Positions 33,636-42,411 of a stretch of 64,000 nucleotides of DNA are shown piece after piece (the stretch's first letter is position 1; every line of letters starts with the position of its first letter). The position numbers and the translations under genes were made by a program. The stretch is taken from the NCBI GenBank assembly GCA_036280075.1, contig DASURL010000147.1:95-64094 (forward strand), written 5' to 3'. This stretch comes from Gemmatimonadaceae bacterium (lineage in GTDB: Bacteria; Gemmatimonadota; Gemmatimonadetes; Gemmatimonadales; Gemmatimonadaceae). The notes below the pieces were generated by a model. The model was given only the letters and a program-made list of their open reading frames with translations. It was not told the DNA's origin and did no database searches.

Positions 33636-35542
33636 GTGTCGGCTCCGCGCGGCAGGCGGCCGCGAATCGCGTCGAGGATCGCGCCGGGGCGGAGGGGCTC
33701 GCCCGGCACGCGCGTCCAGCAATCGATGTCGGCGAGTGTGGACGCTCGCAACAGCATCGCGAGCTGCCCGCGTCGGCGGTTCTCGTCCGTGATGTGCGGG
33801 TCGCCGGGCTCGTCGCTGTAGTTGATCTCCACCGTCATCACCCGGCGGAAGCGTCGGAAGATCTCCCTGAGCCCCGGCTCCATCGGCGAGAGGAAGCGCA
33901 GGTGCAGCGAGGAGACGGCGAGTCCGTCGGCACGCGCGCGATCCACCGCTTCCTCGATCGCTCCCTTCGTGCTCCCCCACCCGACGACGAGCAGGTCGCC
34001 CTCCTCCGTGCCGTACGGCGCTGGTGGAACGAGCAGCTCGCTCAACACCGCCAGCTTCCGGCTGCGCATCGTGGACGCGCGCTGATGGATTCCCGAGCTG
34101 TACGCCACCTTGCTTCCCTCGTCGTGCGAGAGCCCGGTCAGCGTGAACATGCCGCCGGGCCGGCCGGGGATGATGCGCGTGGAGAGTCCGGTGTCCGGGT
34201 TCCACGCGTACGGCCTCAGCCCGTCGGGAACGGGCGAGAGGTCGAGCGGCGCCGCCTGCCAGCGCGCGTCGGGTTCGGGTCGCGCGAACGGCGTCACGCC
34301 GGTGGCGAGGTTGGCGTCCGACAGCACCATCACCACCGTGCGGAACGTCTCGGCGATCCGCCGCGCGGCGATCATCACGTGGAAGCATTCCTCGATCGTC
34401 GCCGGGGCGATGACCACGTGCGGCGCATCCCCCGGGCTGGCGAACAGCGCGGCGAGCAGGTCGGACTGCTCCACCTTCGTCGGCAGGCCCGTGCTCGGGC
34501 CACCGCGCTGCACGTCCACCACGACGAGCGGCGTCTCCGTCATCACGGCGAGGCCGAGGAACTCCGTCTTCAGCGCGAGCCCCGGTCCCGACGTCACCGT
34601 GAACGCCACCTTCCCGGAGTAGGAGGCGCCGATCGCCACTCCCGCGGCGGCGATCTCGTCTTCCGCCTGGTGCACCAGCCCGCCGAACTTCTCGAATGCC
34701 TCGCTGAGGTAGTGCGAGACGGAGGTCGCCGGCGTGATGGGATACATGGCGCACAGCTCCATCCCGGAGGCGATCGCGCCGAGCCCGATTGCCTCGTTCC
34801 CGTTCATGACGACGAGGTCACGGTCGATCCGCTGCACCGGCACGTCGATGCGGAAGTCGAGGTGCTCGTCCGCCCACGACCAGCCGAGCTCCATCAGGCC
34901 GACGTTCCTGGCGTAGACGGCCTCGCTCTTCTTCCGGAAGGTCTGGGCGATCTGCTCCTTCACCCGCGTCAGGTCGCGCGCATAGAGGCAGGACAGCATG
35001 CCGAGCGCGAACATGTTCTTCCCCTTCTTCGCGTCGTCCACGATGGTGAGGCAGAGCGCCTCCATCGGCACGGGCACGATGCGATAGCTGCGCTGCGAGA
35101 GCTCCTCCATGCCGCGCTGCCAGGCCTCGCGGATGCTCTCGTCGTCGTGCGCCGCCCACTTGTCCTCGACGAGGAGGACCGCGTCCTCGGCCAGCGCGCC
35201 CACGCGATGCCGCGCGAGGAGGACCTGTTCGTTGAAGGCAACGACGAGGTTGGTCGCGTCGCCCCAGTTGGTGATCGGGCGGTCGCCGAGGCGGATGCGG
35301 AAGCCGCTCGCGCCCTCCGGCACTCGCGCCGGCGGCTGGATCTCGGCGGGGATGATCTCCACCGTCCAGACGCCGTTGCCCATCTTCGCCGACACGGCGC
35401 CGAACACCTGACCGCACTTCTGGGCGCCCTCGCCGGAGTCGGAGACGATCTCCACCGTGTGCTCGTGCAGCCGGCGGATCGTTCGCGAAGGTGCGGGGGC
35501 AATGCCCGCTTCGAGCGGCGACGGAGACGGCAACGTGGGCAT
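33632..35542 (-). CDS. korA: 2-oxoglutarate:ferredoxin oxidoreductase alpha subunit (gamma domain fused at the N-terminus)
   Basis: 636 aa. An N-terminal POR gamma-like domain (VSDSGEGAQKCGQVFG) is followed by the pyrimidine-binding domain (AMYPITPATS). This is the architecture of actinobacterial-type KorA. Confidence 0.9.
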   Translation of the reverse strand: MPTLPSPSPLEAGIAPAPSRTIRRLHEHTVEIVSDSGEGAQKCGQVFGAVSAKMGNGVWTVEIIPAEIQPPARVPEGASGFRIRLGDRPITNWGDATNLVVAFNEQVLLARHRVGALAEDAVLLVEDKWAAHDDESIREAWQRGMEELSQRSYRIVPVPMEALCLTIVDDAKKGKNMFALGMLSCLYARDLTRVKEQIAQTFRKKSEAVYARNVGLMELGWSWADEHLDFRIDVPVQRIDRDLVVMNGNEAIGLGAIASGMELCAMYPITPATSVSHYLSEAFEKFGGLVHQAEDEIAAAGVAIGASYSGKVAFTVTSGPGLALKTEFLGLAVMTETPLVVVDVQRGGPSTGLPTKVEQSDLLAALFASPGDAPHVVIAPATIEECFHVMIAARRIAETFRTVVMVLSDANLATGVTPFARPEPDARWQAAPLDLSPVPDGLRPYAWNPDTGLSTRIIPGRPGGMFTLTGLSHDEGSKVAYSSGIHQRASTMRSRKLAVLSELLVPPAPYGTEEGDLLVVGWGSTKGAIEEAVDRARADGLAVSSLHLRFLSPMEPGLREIFRRFRRVMTVEINYSDEPGDPHITDENRRRGQLAMLLRASTLADIDCWTRVPGEPLRPGAILDAIRGRLPRGADT

Positions 35543-35903
35543 GATCGCACGTACCTCGCTCGGTTCGCCACGGCGGGGCAGGCGGCCGCCCGGGAGTCGG
35601 GCGTGCGGTCATCCTCGTCGCTCGGCGACGCGTTTCGTGGTGGCCCCAATCTTCGGCGGCGTCGCTCGCCCGTCTGTCGGGGAACCGTTGTGACGTGTGG
35701 CGGGGGTTTTCCCTACAGGTCGTGGGAGGAACGACGTCGGTGCAGGCACTGTGGCACCGGCGGCGGGGTCGCCTGCTGCGTGGCACCTGCTTGTGAATCG
35801 CGGGTACGCCGCGCAGAATTCGTGAGCCCGTCGAGGCCGCCGCTCCCCTGCCGGCGCCGGCGGCGGGTTCCCATCACATCATCTGTCTGGAAGACGTCGC
35901 AGC

Positions 35904-37082
35904 ATGCTGAACACGCCCGACGATTCGCGCGTGCCCGTGCCACCCTGGGACGCTCATCCCGCCAAGTGGCTCGCTGCCCTCGTGCAGGCGTCGGACGACG
36001 CCATCGTCAGCAAGACCCTGGACGGCACGATCCGCACGTGGAACGCCGGCGCCGAACGGATCTTCGGGTACGCTCCCGACGAGATCATCGGCCGCTCCAT
36101 CCTGACGCTCATTCCTCCGGAGCTGCACGAGCAGGAGCAGGCGATCGTCGCGCGGCTCGTCCGTCGCGAGCGGGTGGAGCACTTCGAGACGGTGCGCATG
36201 CGAAAGGACGGCACGCGCATCCAGGTCTCACTCAGCGTCTCACCCATCTGTGACGACGAGGACGCGGTGCTTGGCGCGGCGAAGATCGCCCGGGACGTCA
36301 CGCACTCCAACGCCGCGCTGCAGCGGGCGATGGACGCGGCGCGTGACGCGCGCGAACACGCCGAGCGCGCCAGCCTGGCCAAGAGCCGCTTCCTGGCCAC
36401 GATGAGCCACGAGCTGCGTACGCCGCTCAACGCCATCGGGGGCTACGTGGACCTGCTCGAGCTCGGAATCCGCGGCGAGCTCCGCGAGGACCAGCTCGCC
36501 GACCTGGAACGGATCAAGCTCAATCAGCGCACGCTCCTCCGCCTCATCAACGACGTGCTGGATTTCGCGAAGCTCGAGTCCGGGCGCTTCCGCTTCACGC
36601 TGGCGCCGCTGCGCGTGGACGAGCTGCTCTGCACGCTCGAGTCGTTCGTGTCGCCCCTCCTTCGCAAGAAGGGGCTCGACTACCACTTCCAGGAATGCGG
36701 CCCCGACGCCGTCGCGTATGCCGACGGGGACAAGGTGCAGCAGATCATGCTCAACCTCCTTTCCAATGCGCTCAAGTTCACCGACGAGGGGCGGATCGCG
36801 GTGCGGTGCATTTCCCTCGCCGACACCCTCGAGGTCGAGGTGACGGACACCGGTCGCGGCATCCCGCCCGAGCTGCACGAGACGATCTTCGAGCCCTTCG
36901 TGCAGGGGGAGCAGCAGCTCACCCGCACCGCGGCGGGAACCGGCCTGGGATTGGCGATCAGCCGCGAGCTCGCGCGCGGCATGGGAGGCGATGTTCTGGT
37001 GCGCAGCCGGCCGGGCAGGGGATCCACCTTCACCCTCGTGCTCCCTCGCGTGAAGGGAATCTCGACGCCCCTCGGCCGCTAG
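35904..37082 (+). CDS. PAS-domain sensor histidine kinase (no adjacent response regulator)
   Basis: 392 aa. PAS domain (IVSKTLDGTIRTWNAGAERIFGY), H-box MSHELRTPLN, N box LSNALKFT, and G boxes DTGRGIP / GTGLGLAIS. Confidence 0.9.
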   Translation: MLNTPDDSRVPVPPWDAHPAKWLAALVQASDDAIVSKTLDGTIRTWNAGAERIFGYAPDEIIGRSILTLIPPELHEQEQAIVARLVRRERVEHFETVRMRKDGTRIQVSLSVSPICDDEDAVLGAAKIARDVTHSNAALQRAMDAARDAREHAERASLAKSRFLATMSHELRTPLNAIGGYVDLLELGIRGELREDQLADLERIKLNQRTLLRLINDVLDFAKLESGRFRFTLAPLRVDELLCTLESFVSPLLRKKGLDYHFQECGPDAVAYADGDKVQQIMLNLLSNALKFTDEGRIAVRCISLADTLEVEVTDTGRGIPPELHETIFEPFVQGEQQLTRTAAGTGLGLAISRELARGMGGDVLVRSRPGRGSTFTLVLPRVKGISTPLGR

Positions 37083-37113
37083 TGCAGCCGAGGGGCGCTG
37101 CGCGCCGTCCTGG

Positions 37114-37560
37114 CTACGGGGTGTCGTGCATCGCGCGCCGCAGCGCGACCGCCTCGCGGGCTGCGTTCGCCGCGATCGCGAGCGTCTGCTCCACGCGGAT
37201 CAGCTCTCCCGTGTCGAGGGACGGGGCAGGGCGCATCTCGCACACTTCGTCGAGCACCTGCGCCAGCACGGCCTGCACGTCGGCCGCGCGCTGTGGGGCC
37301 GCGTCCGCCGCGCGTCGTCCACGCGTCCGCGCCGGCACCACGACCGCTTCGCCACAGAGGCGCGCGAGCTCGCCGTCGGGCAGCTCCTCCCAGTCCTCCG
37401 GAATCGGCGCCAGCCGGCGCCGTTCGGCATGGCACTCGAACACGAGCCACCCGTCGCGGAATGCCTCGGGCAGAACCTTTTCGCGTCCGGAAGGGGACGA
37501 ATGGGGAATCGCGCGGAAGACCTTCCACGCGACACCGGCGGCATCGCTGAACTCACGCAC
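37114..37560 (-). CDS. Hypothetical protein
   Basis: 148 aa with a balanced composition (W/E/D-rich N-terminal half), unlike the overlapping Arg-rich shadow ORFs. No known domain. Confidence 0.45.
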   Translation of the reverse strand: MREFSDAAGVAWKVFRAIPHSSPSGREKVLPEAFRDGWLVFECHAERRRLAPIPEDWEELPDGELARLCGEAVVVPARTRGRRAADAAPQRAADVQAVLAQVLDEVCEMRPAPSLDTGELIRVEQTLAIAANAAREAVALRRAMHDTP

Positions 37561-37646
37561 GTGGCTGCTCCAGGTGACCGGCTCGAAATCGGTGAGCTAC
37601 CGCCGTCTGATGCCAATTCCGCGCCAGCTCCGGTCGGCGTGCGACG

Positions 37647-38180
37647 TCATCGAAGCTCCGGCCAGCGCGGCCGGGCGAGTCCACCCGCATCGTCATAGAA
37701 CCGGATCGCGCCCGGGGCGTGCATCTTGGCGGCCCAGATGATCTGGCCAAGGTGAAGCGAGAAGTGCTCGACCACGTGATAGATCGCCTCGAGCACCGTC
37801 ACCTCCTCGCCCTGGATCACGCGCCCGGAGGGCAGGGCATCAGGCGTGAGTGCTGCCAGCACGGCGTCCGCCTCCCGCAGCGTTCCCTCGAGTCGCGCCA
37901 GCAGCTCGCTCGCCGACGGGCCCGACTGCGCCGCAAACTCGCCCGCCCGATCGCGTTCGCCCGGCGCGCTGGTTGACGCCGAACCCACGCCGCGCACGAT
38001 CCATTGCCGCACGTTGCCGTCCAGGTGGAGAAGCAGGTTGCCCACGCTGTTCGACTGGTCGTTCGCTCGCCACCAGAGCGCGTTCGCGGGAAGTGCCTGC
38101 ACCGCGGCGCGCAGCTTGGTCGGGTACTCGATGCCGAGGTACTCACGGGACATGGAGAGGAACGCGATCGCGGGATCCAT
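37647..38180 (-). CDS. DinB/DUF1572-family four-helix-bundle protein
   Basis: 177 aa from MDPAIAFL, with GAGGAG SD upstream. His triad context (LLLHLDGNVRQW, HVVEHFSLHLGQ). Confidence 0.75.
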   Translation of the reverse strand: MDPAIAFLSMSREYLGIEYPTKLRAAVQALPANALWWRANDQSNSVGNLLLHLDGNVRQWIVRGVGSASTSAPGERDRAGEFAAQSGPSASELLARLEGTLREADAVLAALTPDALPSGRVIQGEEVTVLEAIYHVVEHFSLHLGQIIWAAKMHAPGAIRFYDDAGGLARPRWPELR

Positions 38181-38188
38181 GGGTCTCC

Positions 38189-38566
38189 TCAGCGGCTGTG
38201 CCGGAACATCATTTCCACGAGCTCGTCGTACATCGCCTCGGCTTCCTCGTCGCTCGAGCGGATCGCCGACGCGGCGCAATGCTTCAGGTGGTTGCGCATC
38301 AGCTCGCGCCCCACCGACCGCAACGCCTCGTTCACCGACGAGATCTGGGTGAGGATGTCGGCGCAATAACGGTCCTCCTCCACCATCTTCTGCAACCCGC
38401 GCACCTGTCCCTCGATGCGACGCAGCCGCTTGAGGTTGCGGTCCTTGATGTCGGCATCCACCGCCACCGCCTTGCGCCCGTCGCCGGCGTCGTGCGCACC
38501 GCAGCCGCAGCTCGCGCCGTGCGCGAGCGGCAACGTGTCACGCCTCGTCTTCGTCGTGGCCATCAC
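38189..38566 (-). CDS. csoR: CsoR/RcnR-family metal-sensing transcriptional repressor
   Basis: 125 aa. RLRRIEGQVRGLQKMVEEDRYCADILTQISSV...HLKHC gives the C-H-C ligand pattern of Cu(I)-sensing CsoR. The N-terminal extension has extra Cys/His. Confidence 0.85.
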   Translation of the reverse strand: MMATTKTRRDTLPLAHGASCGCGAHDAGDGRKAVAVDADIKDRNLKRLRRIEGQVRGLQKMVEEDRYCADILTQISSVNEALRSVGRELMRNHLKHCAASAIRSSDEEAEAMYDELVEMMFRHSR

Positions 38567-38628
38567 TTCCCTCCTGTCACGAGTGCTCGCATAGTCTCAC
38601 CTTCCGGCATTCCCGCCGTCCCCGTTTC

Positions 38629-41022
38629 TCAGGCGATCCGCGCGCCGCGCAGTCGCAGGCTGTTCGTCACCACGCTCACCGAGCTGAACGCCATCGCCGC
38701 GCTGGCGAGGATGGGGCTCAGCAGCACGCCGAACGCCGGGTAGAGCGCCCCCGCCGCCACGGGAATGCCGACCACGTTGTAGATGAACGCCCAGAAGAGG
38801 TTCTGCTTCATCGTGCGCATCGTGCGACGCGAGAGGTGCACCGCGCGCGCGGCGGCCCGCAGGTCGCCGCGCATGAGCACGACGTCTCCCGCCTCCACGG
38901 CGATATCCGTCCCGGTGCCGATCGCCATCCCGACGTCGGCCTTCGCCAGCGCCGGTGCATCGTTGATCCCGTCGCCCACCATGGCGACGACCTTCCCTTC
39001 GCCCTGCAGCCGCGCAATCTCCGCCACCTTCCCATCCGGCAGCACCTCGGCGACCACCCGGTCGATCCCCGCCTCACGAGCCACCGCCTCCGCCGTGCGT
39101 CGGTTGTCCCCCGTGAGCATCACCACCTCGAGTCCCATCTCGTGGAAGCGCCGGATCGCTTCACGTGAAGTGTCCTTGATCGGGTCCGCCACGGCGACCA
39201 CCGCCGCGAGTGCGCCATCGATCGCCACGTACATCGGGGTCTTCCCGTTCGTCGAGAGGCGTTCGGCGTCGCCGGCGAGCGGCGCGACGTCCACCGCCCA
39301 CTCGGACATCAGCGCCGCGTTGCCCACGGCGAGCGCTGCGCCGTCCACCGTGCCGGTGGCCCCGCGGCCGGTGACGGACTGGAATCCTTCCGGCGCGGCC
39401 AGCGGGATCGCGCGCTCCTGCGCATGACGCACGATGGCGTCGGCCAGTGGATGCTCGCTCATGGACTCGAGCGAGGCCACCAGCCGCAGCACGTCGTCGG
39501 TGGTGCGAGTCGCTCGCGGCGCGAGCACCGTGTCCGTCACCGTCGGACGGCCCTCGGTGACGGTGCCCGTCTTGTCGAGCACGATCACCTCCAGGTCGCC
39601 GGCGCGCTGCAGCGCCTCGCCACCCTTGATCAGCACGCCGAGCTCGGCGCCCTTGCCCGTCGCCACCATCACCGCCGTGGGGACGGCGAGACCCATGGCG
39701 CAGGGGCAGGCGATGATGAGCACGGCCACTGCGGCGGCGAAGGCGCGTCCGAGCGGTGCGACGTCCGCCATCAGGTACCACGCGACGAAGGTGAGGAGGG
39801 CGATCGAGATCACCACCGGGACGAAGATCGCACTGATCCGGTCCGCGAGCTTCTGGATCGGCGCTCGGCTCCCCTGCGCGTCGCGCATCAGCTTGACGAT
39901 GCGCGCCAGGACCGAGTCGGCGCCGAGTGTCGTCGCGCGATAGCGGAACGCGCCCGTGCGATTGATCGTGCCGCCGATGACGGCGTCCCCCGCCTGCTTC
40001 GAGACGGGAAGCGACTCGCCGGTGAGCATGCTCTCGTCCACCGCGCTCTCGCCACTCAGCACGGTGCCGTCCACCGGGATCCGCTCCCCGGGGCGCACGA
40101 TCACCGTCTCGCCGGTCTCCACCGTCTCGATCGGTGCATCCACCTCCAGGTCACCATCGGGACCGCTCCGCACCACGCGTGCCGTCTTCGGCTGGAGGTG
40201 CACGAGGGCGCGCAGCGCATTGGCCGTGCGCGTCTTCGCCCGTGCCTCGAAGGCGTTGCCGGTCAGGATGAGGGCGATGATGATGATCACCGCCTCGTAG
40301 TAGACGTCGGGGGCCATCCCGCGCTGGAAGAAGAACGCCGGCGCGACGGTGGCGAACACGGAGTAGAGGAATGCCGCACCCGTGCCGACGGCGACGAGCG
40401 TGTTCATGTCCGCCGACCGATGGCGGAATGCCGCCCATGCGCGGGTGTAGAAGTGGCGTCCGGCCCACAGCATCACGAATAGCGTGGCCACGAGGAGCGA
40501 CCCCGTCACCACCTGCAGGGGCAGCCGGTAGAGCCAGGGAAAGGCATCGTGGAAGACCGGGTGCAGCGCGCGCGTCGACCAGCGGATGAACGGATCGCTG
40601 ACCCCGATGTGGCTCATGATCGGCATGGACACGATCATCGCGATCGCCCCGATCACCCCGCTCACGATCGCCTTGCGCTTCAGCTCGCGAAACTCGGAGG
40701 CCGTGGCGCGGTCGCGTGCGTCCTGCTCCTCGAACGCCGTCTGGTCGGGGGACGCGAGCTGGGCGCCGTACCCTGTCTCGCGAATCGCCTCGGCGAGCTG
40801 CTCCGGGCTCACCGAGCGCGGGTCGAAGCGCACCGTGGCCGTCTTCATCATCAGATTGACGTTGGCGTCGGCGACGCCGGGTTGCTTCTGCAGGGTGCGC
40901 TGGACGCGCGCCGAGCAGGCGGCGCAGGTCATTCCCGAGACGGGGATGCGGATGGACTCCGTGGTGGCGTCCGGCGCGGCGGCGCGCGGCTCGCGTGTCC
41001 TGCTGCTGGTGGCGCTGCTCAT
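38629..41022 (-). CDS. copA: Copper-translocating P1B-type ATPase
   Basis: 797 aa. HMA domain [16 protein letters not shown] motif, DKTGTVT phosphorylation site, and GDGINDAP. Confidence 0.95.
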   Translation of the reverse strand: MSSATSSRTREPRAAAPDATTESIRIPVSGMTCAACSARVQRTLQKQPGVADANVNLMMKTATVRFDPRSVSPEQLAEAIRETGYGAQLASPDQTAFEEQDARDRATASEFRELKRKAIVSGVIGAIAMIVSMPIMSHIGVSDPFIRWSTRALHPVFHDAFPWLYRLPLQVVTGSLLVATLFVMLWAGRHFYTRAWAAFRHRSADMNTLVAVGTGAAFLYSVFATVAPAFFFQRGMAPDVYYEAVIIIIALILTGNAFEARAKTRTANALRALVHLQPKTARVVRSGPDGDLEVDAPIETVETGETVIVRPGERIPVDGTVLSGESAVDESMLTGESLPVSKQAGDAVIGGTINRTGAFRYRATTLGADSVLARIVKLMRDAQGSRAPIQKLADRISAIFVPVVISIALLTFVAWYLMADVAPLGRAFAAAVAVLIIACPCAMGLAVPTAVMVATGKGAELGVLIKGGEALQRAGDLEVIVLDKTGTVTEGRPTVTDTVLAPRATRTTDDVLRLVASLESMSEHPLADAIVRHAQERAIPLAAPEGFQSVTGRGATGTVDGAALAVGNAALMSEWAVDVAPLAGDAERLSTNGKTPMYVAIDGALAAVVAVADPIKDTSREAIRRFHEMGLEVVMLTGDNRRTAEAVAREAGIDRVVAEVLPDGKVAEIARLQGEGKVVAMVGDGINDAPALAKADVGMAIGTGTDIAVEAGDVVLMRGDLRAAARAVHLSRRTMRTMKQNLFWAFIYNVVGIPVAAGALYPAFGVLLSPILASAAMAFSSVSVVTNSLRLRGARIA

Positions 41023-41056
41023 GCGACCCTCTCACGCTCGATTCGTCGGGGTGAAG

Positions 41057-41100
41057 ATACCCCGCACGGGTATCAAGCTACATACCCCCACCCCCTATGT
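41057..41100. promoter_or_regulatory. Putative CsoR operator(s) upstream of copA
   Basis: ATACCC-CGCAC-GGGTAT inverted repeat at 41057-41073, 35 nt upstream of the copA ATG. A second C-rich pseudo-palindrome ACATACCCCCACCCCCTATGT sits at 41080-41100. Both fit the GC-rich TACCC...GGGTA style of CsoR boxes. Confidence 0.55.
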
Positions 41101-41151
41101 CAAGCGATGCACCAGCCCGTGGGCCGCGGTGTGAGCCGTGGAAGCACGACG

Positions 41152-41174
41152 GCCCCGCCGGAGAGGCGGGGCCG
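41152..41174 (-). terminator. Hairpin after yceI
   Basis: GGCCCCGCC-GGAGA-GGCGGGGCC is a 9-bp GC stem 28 nt downstream of the yceI stop. It has no clear U-tract. Confidence 0.45.
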
Positions 41175-41201
41175 CATGAGGAACCATGGCGGTGCAGGGG
41201 C

Positions 41202-41759
41202 CTATGCCTTCACCGCCTGGACGTCGATGTGGATCTTGATCTCGTTGCTCACCAGCACCCCGCCCGTCTCGAGCGCGGCGTTCCAGGTGAGCCCCCATTC
41301 GCGGCGATCGATCTTGGTGTCGGCGCTGAAGCTCACGCGCTCGCCACCCCAGGGATCCTTGCCGCGTCCCTCATAGGTCACGTCGAGGGTGATCTCCTTC
41401 GTGACGTCCTTGATCGTGAGGTCACCGACGACCTTGAACTCGGTGCCGGGGCGGGCGCGGGCACCCTCCACCTTCTTCGAGCGGAAGGTCACGTGCGTCC
41501 ACTTCTCGACGTCGAGGAAGTCCGCCGAGCGCAGGTGCTGGTCGCGCTGCTCGTTGCGGGTGTCGATCGACTTCGCCTCCATCGCCACCTCGGTGCGCGA
41601 GGCGTTGGGGTCGGTCTCGTCCACCTCGATCGTCCCGCGCAGGTCGGCGATGCGGCCGCGAACGGTGGTGATCATCATGTGCTTGGCGGCGAACTCGATC
41701 GTGGTGTGGGCGGGATCGATGTTCCAGGTCGAGACCTTGGTTTCGGCAGCGGTGCTCAT
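41202..41759 (-). CDS. yceI: YceI-family (polyisoprenoid-binding) protein
   Basis: 185 aa. WNIDPAHTTIEF and the YceI lipocalin-like pattern. GAGGAG SD upstream. Confidence 0.85.
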   Translation of the reverse strand: MSTAAETKVSTWNIDPAHTTIEFAAKHMMITTVRGRIADLRGTIEVDETDPNASRTEVAMEAKSIDTRNEQRDQHLRSADFLDVEKWTHVTFRSKKVEGARARPGTEFKVVGDLTIKDVTKEITLDVTYEGRGKDPWGGERVSFSADTKIDRREWGLTWNAALETGGVLVSNEIKIHIDVQAVKA

Positions 41760-41785
41760 GGCAGGCTCCTCATTGATTGGTGATT

Positions 41786-41801
41786 ATCACAGAACTAAGA
41801 T
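41786..41801. promoter_or_regulatory. Operator-like box, copy 2 (marR-yceI intergenic)
   Basis: ATCACAGAACTAAGAT matches the perfect palindrome at 42321-42336 at 14 of 16 positions. It lies 27 nt upstream of the yceI ATG. Confidence 0.5.
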
Positions 41802-41818
41802 ACAACGGCAAGCAAGTC

Positions 41819-42322
41819 TCACTCCACGTCGCTCGACACCGGCAGGGCCTCCGCGGCGCGGCCCAACTGCTTCATCAGCGCGGCCGCACGGTCGCGGTCG
41901 CTTCGAGTCAACCCGCTCATCGCACGCTCGATCGTGCGGGCATGGTCCGGGAAGATCCGCGCCACCAGCCGCTTTCCCTCCGTGGTGAGTGCAGCATAGC
42001 GCGCCCGGCGATCCTCGGGGCAGGGCTCACGGCGCACGAGCCCACGCTTCTCCAGGCGGTCCACGAGGTACGTCACGCCGCCACTGCTCACGAGGATCTT
42101 CCGCTGCAGCTCGCCGAGCAGCATCGGGCCCACGTGATACAGCGCCTCCAGGATGCCGAACTCGGCGATCGTCAGTCCATGCCGTGCCACGTCGGCCTCG
42201 GCATGGCGCGCGATCGCTTCATGGGCCCGCGACAGGATCACCCACAGCCGCAGCGCGCCGGCCTCCGACGCATCGAGCGTCGGTGGCTTCTTCGTGGCGG
42301 TCGGGCGGGTGGCGTCAGGCAT
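41819..42322 (-). CDS. MarR-family transcriptional regulator
   Basis: Winged-helix core (LTIAEFGILEALYHVGPMLLGELQRKILVSSGGVTYLVDRLEKRGLVRR). I chose the start at MPDATRP (42322) because the longer ORF would run through the operator palindrome. Alternatives are 42349 and 42469. Confidence 0.8.
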   Translation of the reverse strand: MPDATRPTATKKPPTLDASEAGALRLWVILSRAHEAIARHAEADVARHGLTIAEFGILEALYHVGPMLLGELQRKILVSSGGVTYLVDRLEKRGLVRREPCPEDRRARYAALTTEGKRLVARIFPDHARTIERAMSGLTRSDRDRAAALMKQLGRAAEALPVSSDVE

Positions 42323-42336
42323 CTTAGAACTAAGAT
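42321..42336. promoter_or_regulatory. Operator-like perfect palindrome at the marR start
   Basis: ATCTTAG-AA-CTAAGAT has 7-nt perfect arms, sits in an unusually AT-rich patch, and abuts the proposed marR ATG. Confidence 0.55.
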
Positions 42337-42411
42337 AATTGGGATCCATCGCGGAGGCAAGAGGGCGCGCCGACCGAGCGCCTGGCCTGGCGAGCCTCCA
42401 GCGGAACGCGC

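Noticed and set aside
35751-35795. A sigma-54-like TGGCAC element (TGGCACCTGCTTGTG, 35781-35795) and a GTGGCACC direct repeat (35751 and 35780) in the korA / histidine-kinase divergent region.
   Set aside because: The -12 element is TTGT/TGTG rather than TTGC, and the GG-to-GC spacing is off by one. No enhancer-binding protein gene is nearby. It is too weak to call a promoter.
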